A DNA stretch of 62,940 bases, filler included, from Octopus bimaculoides (GCF_001194135.2; 4 parts of 4 records of this genome joined end to end with filler, not necessarily neighbours in it), one strand, 5' to 3'; positions 36,842-50,424 are shown, counted from the first letter of the whole stretch. A program made the numbers and translations. Notes: a model not told the origin generated them from the sequence alone.

Positions 36842-37066
36842 ATGTGTGTGTGTGTGTGTGTGTGCGTGTGTGCGTGTGTGTGTGTGTGCGTGTGTGTGTG
36901 TGCACATACACAGATATACATATACATACATATACACATACAAATATACATACATACATACATATATGCATACATAGATACATAGATACATACATGCATA
37001 CATACATACATACATACATACATACATACATGCATACATACCTACATACATACATACATACATACA

Positions 37067-37097
<31 letters not shown>

Positions 37098-37125
37098 GTA
37101 CATACATATATGTATGCATACATAC

Positions 37126-38975
37126 AGACCTAAATGACCCATAAATAAGGAAATGACCAGAGATTTAGAGATGTTCTAACTGAAGCATTTAATGGAGAGT
37201 TACAGACATGTAACATAGAGGATAACTGGAATTTCCTGCAAGATAACTTACTGAGATCCACAGACCAAATTTGTGGCTGGTACGAAGTCCCAGCCAGACC
37301 TAGGGTGACATGGTGGTAGAGCAGTGGAGTTGACAGGGCCATTAGAACAAAGAAACGGGCCTTGAAGGACTGGAAGGGTTGTAGTAGCAAGGAACTATAT
37401 CAGGTAGCTAGAAAGGAAGCTAGGAGGAAGGTATACTTGGCCAGGGGTGAAGCAGAATGGAAGAAGTTTTCCAGTGTTCTGTGGCATGAGAACCAGCAGC
37501 TTAAAGTGTTTCAGTTTGCAAGACAGTGTGTCAGGGAAAATTGTGGTGTTGTTGGAAAGAAGTGCATTCACATGGATGGTAGTTCACTTGCAGTTAGTGC
37601 CTGTAAAGAAATAGGCTTGAAAGTGCCACTACAAAAGGTTGCTAAATGTAGACAACTCATGGGAGAAGGAGAGTCTGCCTAATGTGGATCCAAAAGAGGG
37701 ACCAGCAATTCTAATAGACAGTAGCATGGTAGATAAAGCCATGAAGGATATGAAAACAGGGAAAGTCTTTGGCTCATCAGGAATCACCACGGTGATTCCT
37801 AAATCTGGTGATGTGGGTTATGATCTAGTCATTTGTATAGTTTATCAGGCTGTACACAAGAGTGTCATACCCAATGACTGGTGTAGCAGCACCATAGTCA
37901 ACTATTACAAAGGTAAAGGTGACGCCTTAGACAAATAATTATAGAGGCATCAAACTGTTGGATCAGGTGATGAAAGTCATGGAGCAGGTCATAGCCCAAC
38001 TAATTAGGAAGAGAGTTAGTCTAGAATGAGACGCAGTTTGGTTTTGTGTCAGGGAGAAGCACCACTGATGCTATATTGCTGGTAAGGCAGCTGCAGGGGA
38101 AGTACTTAACCAAAAAGAAACTTTTGTACCTGACTTCTGTTGACATGGAGAAAACCTTTGACAGAGTACCCCACTCCCTTATCTGGTGGTCAATATGGAA
38201 AATAGGGATAGATGAGTGGTTGGTGAGAGCTGTATAAGCCATGTACAAGGATGCTGTCAGTAAGGTGAGGGTTGACAACAAGTATAGCAATGAATTCAGT
38301 GTACAAATAGGAGTTCAAGGATTGGTCCCCTCTTGTTCATCATAATTCTCTAGGCAATAACAGAAGAATTTATGTTGGTCTGCTCTTGGGAACTTCTGCA
38401 TGCTGATGACCTTGTTCTTATAGCTGAAACACTGCCAAAACTATAGAAAAAAATTTCAGGTGTGGAAGCAAGTTCTGGATCAAAGGACCTTAGAGTTAAT
38501 TTTGCGGAGACCAAACTCTTGGTAAATAGGAAAGCAGACAAATCACAAATCCCCACTCTATATATAGGAAAGACATAGGTAGAGACTTCATAAGGTGTAC
38601 CCAGTGCAAGCTGTGGACACATAAGAGATGCAATAATATCAGAGGAAGGTTAATAGGGAAAATAGTCTTTGTGTGTGGTAGATGTACAGGTACAATAAAC
38701 ACTAGAAATGTACAGACTTCAAGGGGGATACTTAGAAGTAGTTGTTTGCCTTCATTATCTGGGTTACCAAGTCAGCAGTGGAGGTGGATGCACCAAGTGC
38801 ATAGCTACTAGAATAAGAATAGGCTGGGCAAAGTTCAGAGAGCTTTCTACCTCTGTTGGTAATAAAGAGTGAAAGGTAGATTGTATGATGCCTGTGTGTG
38901 AACAACCATGTTACATGGCAGTGAAACATGGGCTGTGACAGCAGATGACATGCAAAGGCTTGAAAGAAATTTAAT
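37126..38975 (+). mobile_element. RTE-clade LINE ORF2 remnant (RT), many stops and frameshifts
   Basis: IPNDWCSSTIVNYYKGKGDALD, GRSTTDAI..VRQLQ.KY, VDMEKTFDRVP, LHADDL. Confidence 0.9.
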
Positions 38976-39519
38976 AAATCCACTTTTAGATTATAATAGG
39001 TTTAATGTATCATTTTACTTTAGAAATCATCAATAATTCTAATAAAAGTTAATCTGAGTTGACATGGTAAGTAATTGCAATATAGAGTCCTCACAGTAAA
39101 GAGATTCCCTATTTACAGTGTTGGCACAATCAGATTACACATAGTTCACAGGTTTGATGCAGAAATAAACACATCATAGGTCTTGTATGTTGTAACTTAC
39201 AACCCAGCTAGATATTGCTACATAGCTCAAATACATATTCTATTTCTGAATAATCTTAGAGAACAATTAATATATTAAGAAAATGAGTATTCTAGATTGC
39301 CTTAGGGGATCAGTTAATGCAGTCCGTCAATTAATTAAGTAGATACACCAGTTGGCAATTAGAAATGTACTTAGAGGTACTTATAAGTCAGTTTCTTATA
39401 AAAGTCTACGATGTGAAACAAAGCGACCTCTTTAAAACTTGTTTTATACATACACACATGCATACATATATAAACACACACACATATGCACAGATATCTG
39501 CAAACAGTTATAATCTTAT

Positions 39520-40257
39520 ATTGTTGTACAGATAACAACTGTCACCTTACTGACAGCCTCCCTGTACATGGCTCGCACAGCTCTCACTAACCACTCATCT
39601 ATCACTAGTTTCTACGCTGACTACCAGATAAGAGATCAGGAGATGCTGTGTTGATGAAAGCCAGGTACGGAGGTTTATCTTCGGCTACAAATTTCTCCTG
39701 CAACTGTCTTACCAGAAATATAGCATCAGTGGTGCTTCTCCCAGGCACAAACCTAAACTCCATTTTGTCTAAGCTAACTATCTCCGTAATTAATTTGGGC
39801 TATGACCCTCTCTGTGACTTTCATCATCTGGTCCAACAATTTGATACCTCTGTAATTATTTGTATCACCTTTACCTTTGTAGCAGTTGACTATAGTGCTG
39901 CTACACTAGTTATCGTGTATGACTCCTGCATGTATCACCTGATTGACTATACAGGTGACTAGACTATACCCTAAACCCACCAGATATTTTAAGCATCTCT
40001 CCAATGATTCCTGATGGGCCAGGGGCTTTCCTTGTCTTCATACCTTTAATTGCTTTATCTACTAAGGTATTGACATTTCGAATAGCTGGTCCCTCTGTTG
40101 GATGGACATTAGGCAGACTCTCTTTCTCCCATTCATTCTCTTCATTTCGCAAACTTTCATAGTGGCATCTTCAAGTTTCTCTCTTTGCAGTATCATTAAA
40201 TACAAGTGTGCCATCATCCATGTGGACACATTTCTCTCCTATGATATCACAATTCTC

Positions 40258-40262
<5 letters not shown>
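39520..40262 (-). mobile_element. RTE-clade LINE ORF2 fragment, inverted
   Basis: WEKESLPNVHPTEGPAI..MKTRKAPGPSGI; the reverse complement includes the QFRFVPGRSTTDAI region. Confidence 0.88.
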
Positions 40263-40299
<37 letters not shown>

Positions 40300-40326
40300 A
40301 CCTCTGCGTGTATATATATGTATATA

Positions 40327-42400
40327 TATAAACCTCTGTACCTGGCTTTCATTGACATGGAGAAAGCCTTTGACAGGGTCCCCCTGATCTCTTATCTGGT
40401 GTTCAATGAGGAAACTAGGGATAGAAGAATGGTTACTGAGAGCTGTACGAGCCATGTACAGGGAGGCTGTCAGTAAGGTGAGGGCTGGCAACGAGTACAG
40501 TGAAGAATTCCGGGTAGAGGTAGGTGTCCACCAAGGTTCAGTCCTCAGCCCCCTCCTATTTATCATAGTCCTCTAGGTAATAACAGAGGAAGTCAAGACA
40601 GAATGCCCCTGGGCGCTACTCTATGCTGATAACCTTACTTTAATTGCTGAGTCACTATCAGAACTAGGGAAGGTTTAGGTGTGGAAGCAAGGATTAGAAT
40701 CGAAGGGCCTTAGAGTCAACCTAGCTAAAACCGAAGTCCTAATAAGTAGGAAGGCAGACAAACCACAAATCCCTTCAGATAGATGGCCCTGCTCAATCTG
40801 TAGAAAAGGCGTAGGTAGAAACTCTATAAGATGTACCCAGTGTAAGCTATGGACACATAAGAGGTGCAGCAATATCAAAGGAAGGCTAACTGAGAAGATA
40901 GTTTTTGTATGTGGTGTGGTGTGTGCGTACGAGTAGATGTAATCGCCTTACCTCGGTTTTCTTTTCCTCAACTGCGAGTCCGTCTTGCGGTATCCGATCC
41001 TTGAAGCTTGCCCCGACCCAAAGTACACCAGGAANNNNNNNNNNTTAACACGTCTTGTCCTGACCGCAGCCCCGTTCGAAAAGGGCACGAATGCCGATCG
41101 AGGCTCCCTCTGCCCTTTTTCCCCTTCCGGTCAGCCTCCCCAGACACTGACGTCATACCACATGTGGCAGATGCTCAGGAGCAATAAACACTGAAAATGT
41201 GCAGAGAACAACTTCTGCCACATTCCAGGGAGAAGAACTAGAAGTAGTTGATAGCTTCTGTTACCTAGGTGACCAAGTCAGTAGCAGGGGTGGGTGCTCT
41301 GAAAGTGTAGCTGCTAGAATAAGAATAACCTGGGCAAAGTTCAGAGAACTCCTACCTCTGCTGGTGACAAAGGGCCTCTCACTCAGAGTAAACGGTAGAC
41401 TGCATGATGCATGTGTACGAACAGCCATGCTTCATGTCAGTGAAACATTGGCCGTGACTGCTGAGGATATGCGTAATCTTGCAAGGAACGAAGCCAGTAT
41501 GCTCCGCTGGATGTGTAATGTCAGTGTGCATACTCGACGGAGTGTAAGTACCTTGAAAGAAAAGTTGGACCTAAGAAGCATCAGGTGTGGTGTGCAAGAG
41601 AGACGACTACGCTGGTATGGTCATGTGGTGAGAATGGATGAGGATAGCTGTGTGAAAAAGTGTCACACCCTAGCAGTTGAGGGAACCTGTGGAAGAGGTA
41701 GACCCAGGAAGACTTGGGATGAGTTGGTGAAGCATGACCTTTGAACATTAGGCCTCACTGAAGTAATGACTTCTGACCAAGACCTTTGGAAATATGCTGT
41801 GCTTGAGAAGACCCGGCAAGCCAAGTGAGTCCATAACCCATGGCCTATGCCAGTGGTGTAACCAGCCCACTTATATGCACCTTTCCTGTATTGGATACTA
41901 AACTTTGCTTGCGAAGACCTGTTGAGGCGAGTGAAATCGAAATCAAATTCAATGACAGCACCGCATGACTGGCATCTATGCTAGTAGAGCGCTAAGAGCA
42001 CCATCCAAGTATGATCATTGCCAGGACCACAGACTGGCTCCCATGCTAGTGGCACATAAAAAGCACCATTCATGCGTGATCGTTACCAGCATCGCCTTAG
42101 TGGCACATGAAAAGCATTCGAGTGAGGTCATTGCCAGCGCCGCTGACTGGCTCCTGTGCAGGTGGCATGTAAAAAACACCATTTGAGCATGGCCATTGCC
42201 AGTACCGCCTGACTGGCCCACATGCCGGTGGCATGTAAAAGCACCCACTACACTCACGGAGTGGTTTGTATTAGGAAGGGCATCCAGCTGTAGAAACTCT
42301 GCCAGATCAGATTGGAGCCTGGTGCAGCCATCTGGCTCGCCAGTCCTCAGTCAAACCATGCCAGCATGGAAAGCGGATGTTAAACGATGATGATGATGAT
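40327..42400 (+). mobile_element. RTE-clade LINE 3' half with complete 3' UTR and (GAT)n tail, interrupted by an LTR-like insert
   Basis: DMEKAFDRV, CSICRKGVGRNSIRCTQCKLWTHKRC, LRWYGHVVRM..RGRPRKTW (41199-41744). The 3' UTR has 4-5 GTGGCACATAAAAAGCACC-type repeats. Confidence 0.92.
40915..41162. mobile_element. Young solo-LTR-like insertion (or collapsed full LTR element) with 5-bp TSD
   Basis: Termini TGTGGTGTG...CATACCACA (8/9 inverted match). TGTGG duplicated at 40910-40914 and 41163-41167. CpG-rich, with a 10-N gap inside. RTE sequence resumes in register. Confidence 0.75.
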
Positions 42401-43088
42401 ATATATAATGGAAAAATTATACAAAATGTATAAATAAATGATGAGTAAAGCACTGACACAGTTTCTATTACCTGTTGTTATCCGTACATTTATTGCAGGA
42501 ACTTTGCAGTGGCGATTGGGGTAACAGTATTAATAAAATCGATGGAATGAGAAAAAGATTTTATTGGGTATCACACATGTTTCGACCCGTTCAGGTTCTC
42601 TTTGGGTACATCAATAAATAGTCTCACTAGAGATTTTCTGAGTCGGCTTACATACCACTATATGTCCATCAAATTCGAAAATGAATAAAAAACAGAGAAT
42701 AATTATTGAAAGGCAAAAATTTCAAATATGAACGTGAAAATTATAAATTTGCTGTTGTAACTGTTAAGAGAAAAAAAAGGATGTAGAAGTTGAAAGGAAG
42801 ATAATACTTAGACGAAAATTTTGGTTGTGTCGGTGCTTGACAGAACCTTGATGACTGCTATGAAGCAGGAAAGTATACTAGCCCCTATATATATTTAATA
42901 CTGAATATTTCATATATTCAATAAGACATTCAATACTTCATTTCATTTTACTATTTATATTATATATTCCATATTCTATATCCCACATTAATTTTATAAG
43001 AATATAAATAAAATATAAAAAACAGACAGAGTTGGAACTCTTTTAAATAATATATTCCTCTATACACTATCATACAAACCCCTTTTTA

Positions 43089-43134
<46 letters not shown>

Positions 43135-45164
43135 GCACATATACATACACACTCACACACGCACATCCAAGTATATGGGTATATACATACAACTAGATAC
43201 ATGTGCATATGTACACATATGGACAAATACATACATATATATATATGTATAGGAACTCATATATGCAGGTACATACGTGTATATATACATAAATATACGT
43301 ACATAGATAAATATGTGCATATATTCATACGTAAAGCAAGATACAGACGTGTGTGCAAAGTTTGATACACACACACGTGTTAATACACTTGTGTTTACAC
43401 ATAAGTAAATATATACACGCATATACATACATATATATACATACACATACACACACATATACATATATGTATGCATATACACACATAAACACATGCCCGC
43501 ATACACACATACACAAATTCACACTAATATATACATACACCTACAAAAAAAACAAATGCGCACAGATGAATATGTAGACTTATATATCTATATATATGTA
43601 CGTATACACACATGCATGCACACATACACACACATACACACATACACACACACACACACACAAACGTATGTATATATATATATATATATACATATATACA
43701 CATACACACATACACGTACACATATATGCATATACATGATTTTATTCATTAAAACTTCAGAAGTTCTTACAACTACAGTCGTTGTAATGCTTTGCTTTTG
43801 CTTGTTTCATAAAATTTCCTCCACCTAATGATTTTGCTTTCATTTCGTGATGGACAGCTATCATACAGAAAATGCCAGCTATCATGCAAGTATCATGCAG
43901 AAAATCCCAGCTTCCAAATCCTGTTTTCTGATTAGGTACAGTTGATTAAACTTTAAACATCAGTAACATTTTTCTGCAATTTTTCTGGAACAAATAAATA
44001 ACATAGAAATTATTTAAATATACCAAATATGAAAAGTTTTGACGTATGGAATAAAAAATACAAAAAAACAAAAGGAGTTATATAATAGTCTTATCTTGAC
44101 AGCTGTTTCAAGCAAACCATGGCTTATGCTGTATCCACATTCAAGCATATGGAACAACACAAGCTCCTATGGATCTCTTGTGTAAGGCCAGGTCACCTTC
44201 ATCAGAAGGATGTAGCAAAAGGCCTTTTTCCACATCCTTTTGATCAAAGTGTTCTGGTCTTGCCAGGCATTGTGATAATCATTTTTCCAAAAATAAATAT
44301 ATGTACTGGTTCTATTTCATATTTTATTATTTAGTTAATTAGTTAACCAATTAACAAATGAATCTCTTGATAAATCATTTAATCAGTCAGTAAGCTGGTT
44401 TGTCACACTCTTTTCATTGTTATTCACAGCTTCATCACTGCTCAAAGGCTGTTTGTTGTCTTCAAACATTCTTATTGAATTTACAGTGTAAGTAAGTGAG
44501 TGAGTGAGTGAGTGATGATGTTAACTGATAATCTAATTATCAGAGACTGCAAGAGAAGACACACAAACCTGAACATAGCATGGATTGACTATCATAAAGC
44601 ATACAATATGATACCACACTCTTGGATAGCAATAACCATGGAAATGTATGCTGCACATATGCTGCAGCTGCTGTAGGTGCTATGCTTCACATTATGGAAG
44701 GTTCTCTATTCCAGTCTTCTAAATACCATACATATTTGGATACAGAAGTAAAGTTTTGCTTTTTTGTGTGTCTAAATGAGTGCACATGTTGTCTGAAGCA
44801 GGTATTCCAATATATGTTTTATTCAAGTTACTGTATACCAATTTACCTGCTTTTATTGGATATTTTCAGTCAGTCAGATTGTTTACTTTTGTGATGCTTG
44901 CTGTTTGATGAACAACTTGCTGGAACTTCATTTTTCCAACTATTTATTGTCATTCAGCAGAGTGAAAAGAATTGTTACGTATTTGTATGACATTTTGACT
45001 TCCCAAATTAACACACATTCTCTCACCCATATATTGAATGAACATACTGACTTCAATTAAATTAATAAGTTTGACATCTTAATAAAAATATATGTATACT
45101 CATATTTTGAGTTCTATTTTTCCTGTTTGCATTACCATACATATATACTATATGTATTCTATTC

Positions 45165-45365
45165 TTTTATTTGTTTAAGTCATCTGACTGTGGCCATGCT
45201 GAGCATCACCTTCAGTCAAAGAAATCATCCCCAGGACTTATTCTTTTGTAAGCCTAGTACTTATTCTATCGGTCTCTTTTGCCAAACTGCTAAGTTACAG
45301 GGACATAAACAAACCAACATTAGTTGTCAAGCGATGGTGGGGGAGCAAACTCAGAAACATACACA
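45165..45365 (-). mobile_element. SINE family B, 3' half
   Basis: GACTGTGGCCATGCTGAGCA..CCCCAGGACTTATTCTTTTGTAAGCCTAGTACTTATTCTATCGGTCTCTTTTGCC. Confidence 0.8.
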
Positions 45366-45427
45366 CAAATATATATACACACACACACACACAGACACAG
45401 ACACACACACACACACACACACACGAC

Positions 45428-45677
45428 GCTTTAGATACAAATAATTACAGAGGCATCAAGCTGTTAGATCAGGTTATGAAAGTTACAGAGAGGGTCATAG
45501 CCCAATTAATTAGGGAGCGAATCAATTTAGATGAGATGCAGTTTGGGTTCGTGCCAGGTAAAAGCACTACTGATGCCTTATTTCTAGTGAGACAGTTGCA
45601 GGAGAAATACCTAGCTAAGGATAAACCTCTGTACCTGGCTTTCGTTGACATGGAGAAAGCCTTTGACAGGGTCCCCC
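45428..45677 (+). mobile_element. RTE-clade LINE RT fragment cut by scaffold join
   Basis: DEMQFGFVPGKSTTDALFLVRQLQEKYLAKDKPLYLAFVDMEKAFDRVP. Confidence 0.9.
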
Positions 45678-45777
45678 NNNNNNNNNNNNNNNNNNNNNNN
45701 NNNNNNNNNNNNNNNNNNNNNTTAATTAATTAANNNNNNNNNNNNNNNNNNNNNNNNNNNNNNNNNNNNNNNNNNNN
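45678..45777. other. Artificial scaffold join
   Basis: 44 N + TTAATTAATTAA + 44 N. Confidence 0.95.
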
Positions 45778-45811
<34 letters not shown>

Positions 45812-47194
45812 TTTGACAGACTTCCACACAGTTTCTATCTATTAAATTGTCACAAGACATTTGTTGGCCCAAAGTGCTTCCACAAGGTGCCATACTGAAC
45901 CTGAAATCAAGTGGTTGCAAAGTGAGCATCTTAACCACTCAGGCATAGTTGTAAATCTTTTTCTGTATATGTATATCATGAACTACACTGTCTAATGTGT
46001 CCATTCACCATTTCTTTTAAACATGGAAATGTTCAGTTTAAATACCATTTGGCTGCTATTTCTAGAAGATTGAGTGACTGCATAGAGGCTTCCATGTTGA
46101 TTGAGAAAATAGAAAAAAAAATATTGAATTAATAGAATTAATTTCAATTAGTAAGAAAAATGAATACAAAACCATAAACAAAGAAGCAAACAAGAACATT
46201 ATTATATTTATAAGTTTAGATTTCTATTAAAGCAATGTTGAAAGGAAAGTTCTGTAATAAAGCACCAATCCCATTAACAGGAAACATTGGTTCACTGATC
46301 ATGTGTCCACATAAAATTGGTAATTGATTACAAGTTCTGATTTTGAACCTAGAGGAGATTAACTCAGCTAATCAATCCTTTTGAAGAAGCCAAGATGTGA
46401 ATATGAGGCTACATAACTTGGAGGTTTGCTTCAAAAATTTGTGGTTCAAAGTTTGAGCTGCTGACTGTTTGGCACTTTGGTTGAGTGTTTTCTGTCTTGC
46501 CTTGATTCAGTTCAGGTCTTTTGAGGTAAACTGGGTAGCTGAAAACTGTGTGGAAACTTATTGGATGGACTATTTGTTCTTTGGTGTTAGCCTTAATTCT
46601 TTGACTGTTTTAACCTGATTTTGCATCCAGCAATGTCTCTACACAGAAACAGAGACGTATTGTGTTACTTGTATGATTTGAGAGCATCAGCTTAGACTGT
46701 TTGTTCATGCTGCTTGATCTTCCGACTCGAATCCTGCATGCTGTGTTCTTTTCTCTGAGGATCCTGCTGGGATGGTGGTTCACGCTGGTTGACCACACGC
46801 CTCATGGTCGTGGCAGACAAGGAAGTATTTTATGGAGTGAGAACTGACTAGAATACTGCTCCTCGGAAGGTTGTCTGGGATGACCTAAGCAAATACCAAC
46901 AAACGATGGTTGCAGCAATGTGCTACAGCAGTGTGTTGCAACAGCATGCTTCAGCGGTGCTTGAACTCATACCTGAAATGACCTAACCTCCAGCAGAGGT
47001 CAAACTGTATTTCTCCTCACCTCTTTCAGCAGTTCTGCTCTGCCTTCTCTCATTAAGCTATAAAAACAAATTATTGATAATAAATACATACCAGTAGTAT
47101 GTTTGGGTCAATCAACAAGTAAACAACAGACGTAAACAGCATCATGGACAAAAGCCAGTACTTACTTTCTGTTGGATATCTTTCACCCTTTACT

Positions 47195-47380
47195 TTCTTT
47201 ATTTCACTCATTAGACTGCAGCCATGCTGGAGCACCACCTTGGAGAGGTTTAATCAAACAAATTGACCCCAGTGGTGCTTTGTTTTTCTAAGCCTGGTAC
47301 TTATTTTGCTGTTCCCTTTTTTCCAAACTGCTAAGTTATGAGGAGATGAACAAACCAACACTGGTTGTCAAGCAGTGGTG
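47195..47380 (-). mobile_element. SINE family B, old 3' half
   Basis: GACTGCAGCCATGCTGGAGCACCACC..AAGCCTGGTACTTATT..GTTGTCAAGCAGTGG. Confidence 0.7.
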
Positions 47381-48534
47381 AAGGATGCTGAATTTTGCTT
47401 GTTACTCAAAGTAATTAATTAGCAATATCATTACCATGTGTATAATTATCTAGTACTGACTGAGACTACTCAAGAACTGAGATGATAGAAACAACAACAA
47501 CAACAACAACAACAACCACAGCAACAATGGCAGTGGCAATGACGACGACGATGATGACAACAAATACAAAAATACAATGTTTTCAGAAAATATTTATAGC
47601 TTATTTGATATATTTGATTCGTATGAATTTTGCATTTCAGAAGTTTTCTGTTTCCTTTCTTGTAATCAAAAAGGACCAAAAGAGTGAAAACTTTGCAGGA
47701 ACTTGGTTTCCAACTTATGTATTATTTAGATGTTCTGCAGTTCATTATCAAAATTGAGATCTGTGTTAATTTCTTGCTTGAATACCTTAATAACAAACTA
47801 CACGTGTGATGTCATTAAACACAAACAAACTTAGCCTTTATTGGAGACTTTATTAGTAGTACTCATGCAGAAATAATTGTTTTCATAAAGAACTTAACCA
47901 AGTCCTGCATCTTATCAGATCTAAAGAAACATTTTAGATTGCATGTCACGAAATAAGACACATTCAATAACAAAACCTAGTATAGCTTGGAGAAAATTTA
48001 CTTCACAAGAGTGTGCTTCATTTGAAATATACAGTATAAGCCAACTACAAGTAAATTACAAGGGAAAAGTAATTAACAAACCAACATAGAAAATTAACAG
48101 AATCGTACTATAAATATTGATATTGCTCATATGATTCACTAACAACATTTTCACTGCTATTGGAGCAACAAACGTGAACTTGTGTTATTATCATAGTTGA
48201 ATGAATTTCCTACACAGAACAGGATATTAAAAAGTGTTTTTCAATCAGTTGACATTAAAGTCTAATGATTAGTTGACATGAGTCAATCTTCAATGAGTTT
48301 TGTTGAAACTTCCAGCCTTGTGTTCAAGATATCTAGCTAGAAGTTTTGCCTTAAGTTACTGTTTAGATGTATATATTTCTAAGAACAGTCAGTAGATCTT
48401 TTCTTCCTTTTTCCTTTCATTACCTTTCCTCTTTCATATCTGGCACATAAACTCCTGATCAACTAATTTCTTTCTTTCTTTCTCTCTTTTATTCTCTCTC
48501 ATACTTGCTTCTTATGTAATTTGTTAAACATGTC

Positions 48535-49280
48535 AATATTACCATTTGTCTTAATATTAACACTACCAAAGGCAGCAAGATGATAACATTGCTAATACAC
48601 TGGGCAAAATGCTTAGTGGCATTTCATCCGTCTTTATGTTCTGAGTTCAAATTTTGCCAAGGTCAGCTTTGTCCTCCATCCTTTCAAGGTTGATAAAATA
48701 AGTAGATGCCACGTAAAAAGCATTCTGTCCACACTGTAAATTAGTTGGCAAGTGGAAGGGCATACAACTGTAAAAACCTTGCCAAAATCAACTTCACCGG
48801 TGCTTGTACCATGTAAAAAGCACTCAGTCCACTCTGCAGGGTGGTTGGTGTCAGAAAGGGCATCCAGTTGCAAAACTCCTGCCAAAACAGACACAGAAGT
48901 CTGGTGCAGGCTCCTGCCTGGTCAGTTCCTGTCAAAGCATCCAACCTACGCCAACAATGATGATGATGATGATGATGATGAATACTGGGGGTCAATGTAA
49001 TTGACTTACCCCTCTCTCACGAAACCAATATTACCATTTGTCTTAATATTATCATTACCAAAGGAGGTGAACTGGCAGCATAGTTAACACACTGGACAAA
49101 ATGCTTAGTGGTGTTTCATTCGTCGTTGCATTCTATGTTCAAATATTGTTGAGGTCAACTTTACCTTTCATCCTTTCAGGGTCAATAAATTAAATACTAG
49201 CTAAGCACTGAGGTCGATGTAATCGACTTAACCCTTCCCCCAAATTGCTGGCCTTGTGCCAAAATTTGAAGCCAATATTA
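48535..49280 (+). mobile_element. Tandem pair of SINE A copies with a shared 5' flank; first copy interrupted by a family C element (about 48707-48980)
   Basis: CAATATTACCATTTGTCTTAATATTA precedes both copies. Copy 1 breaks after GATAAAATAAGTA and resumes after the (GAT)n tail. Confidence 0.8.
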
Positions 49281-49436
49281 AGACTGTCATAGATTCCAGC
49301 TGCTTACCATATTTGTAATAAATGAAGACTTAAGAACTAGGAAATGAATGTCATAAATGTTTCTGCAATATTACTAACCATTTACTTTCTTTCATTAATT
49401 AATTAATTATTAAGAAATCATTTATTAAGAAACGTA

Positions 49437-49872
49437 GGCGTAGGAGTGGCTGTGTGGTAAGAGCTTGCTTACCAACCACATGGTTCTGGGTTCAGTCCCA
49501 CTTCGTGGCACCTTGGGCAAGTGTCTTCTACTATAGCCTCGGGCCGACCAAAGCCTTGTGAGTGGATTTGATAGAAGGAAACTGAAAGAAGCCCGTCGTA
49601 TATATATATATGTATAAGTATATATATGTGTGTGTGTGTTTGTGTGTCTGTGTTTGTACCCCCTCCATCACTTGACAACTGATGCTGAGTGTGTTTACGT
49701 CCCCGTAACTTAGCGGTTCGGCAAAAGAGACCGATAAATAAGTACTAGGTTTACAAAGAATAAGTCCTGGGGTCGATTTGCTCGACTAAAGGCGGTGCTC
49801 CAGCATGGCCACAGTCAAATGACTGGAACAAGTAAAAGAGTAAAAGAGTAAAGAGTAAAGAGTAAGAGTAAA
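49437..49872 (+). mobile_element. SINE family B, full length, (AGAGTAA)n tail
   Basis: Collinear with 31415-31815. Confidence 0.92.
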
Positions 49873-50079
49873 CTATACCAATTTAATTCCATATCTGATA
49901 ATTCTCTTTTATAGTTTAATCAGTGTTTTTACAACTTCTTTCTAGCATTTAGAGACTATGAGTTTTAAGGAGGCAATTATTTTGGCATTGGGTGTAGCAG
50001 AGAGAAATATATGAGAATAAATATATGAGTGGTAGTATTTCCAGAATTCTTTCTGTATAGAGGAGTAGTGGTTGATGCT

Positions 50080-50300
50080 ATCCTCGCCGTCACCGCCGTT
50101 GCCGCTGCTGCCAACACCACCACCACCATCATCATCATCACCCCCACCATCATTCTCACCAACTTTATCATCATTGTTATCGTCATTGTTCTCATCAGTG
50201 TCATCATAATCATCACCCACCACCATCATCATCATTGTCATTATCACCGTTGCTGTTATTAGCATTGTTATCATAATTATCTTCGTTATTTTTATCATTA
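50080..50300. repeat. (CAC/CAT)n-type degenerate triplet tract
   Basis: Seen directly. Similar tracts lie at 22630-22760, 33640-33780, 47490-47560. Confidence 0.85.
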
Positions 50301-50424
50301 TCGTTTGTTCTTTTTTTGTCTTTTCCTCTATGTAATAATCAACTTTGCAAGTAAAGTACCATTCACATACTCTAATTAATAGTTCCCTGCCTCATCATCC
50401 TCATTATTAATGTTTTTGATAAGG

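Noticed and set aside
42565-42625. Hammerhead-like ACCC..GGGT-CGAAACATGT on the minus strand
   Set aside because: The first box reads TTGATGT, there is no valid UH triplet and stem I is poor; at best a decayed remnant.
44180-44240. CTGATGAAGG on the minus strand and an adjacent imperfect palindrome; similar lone CTGATGA at ~4265, ~15647, ~53256
   Set aside because: No correctly placed GAAAC box, so no ribozyme fold.
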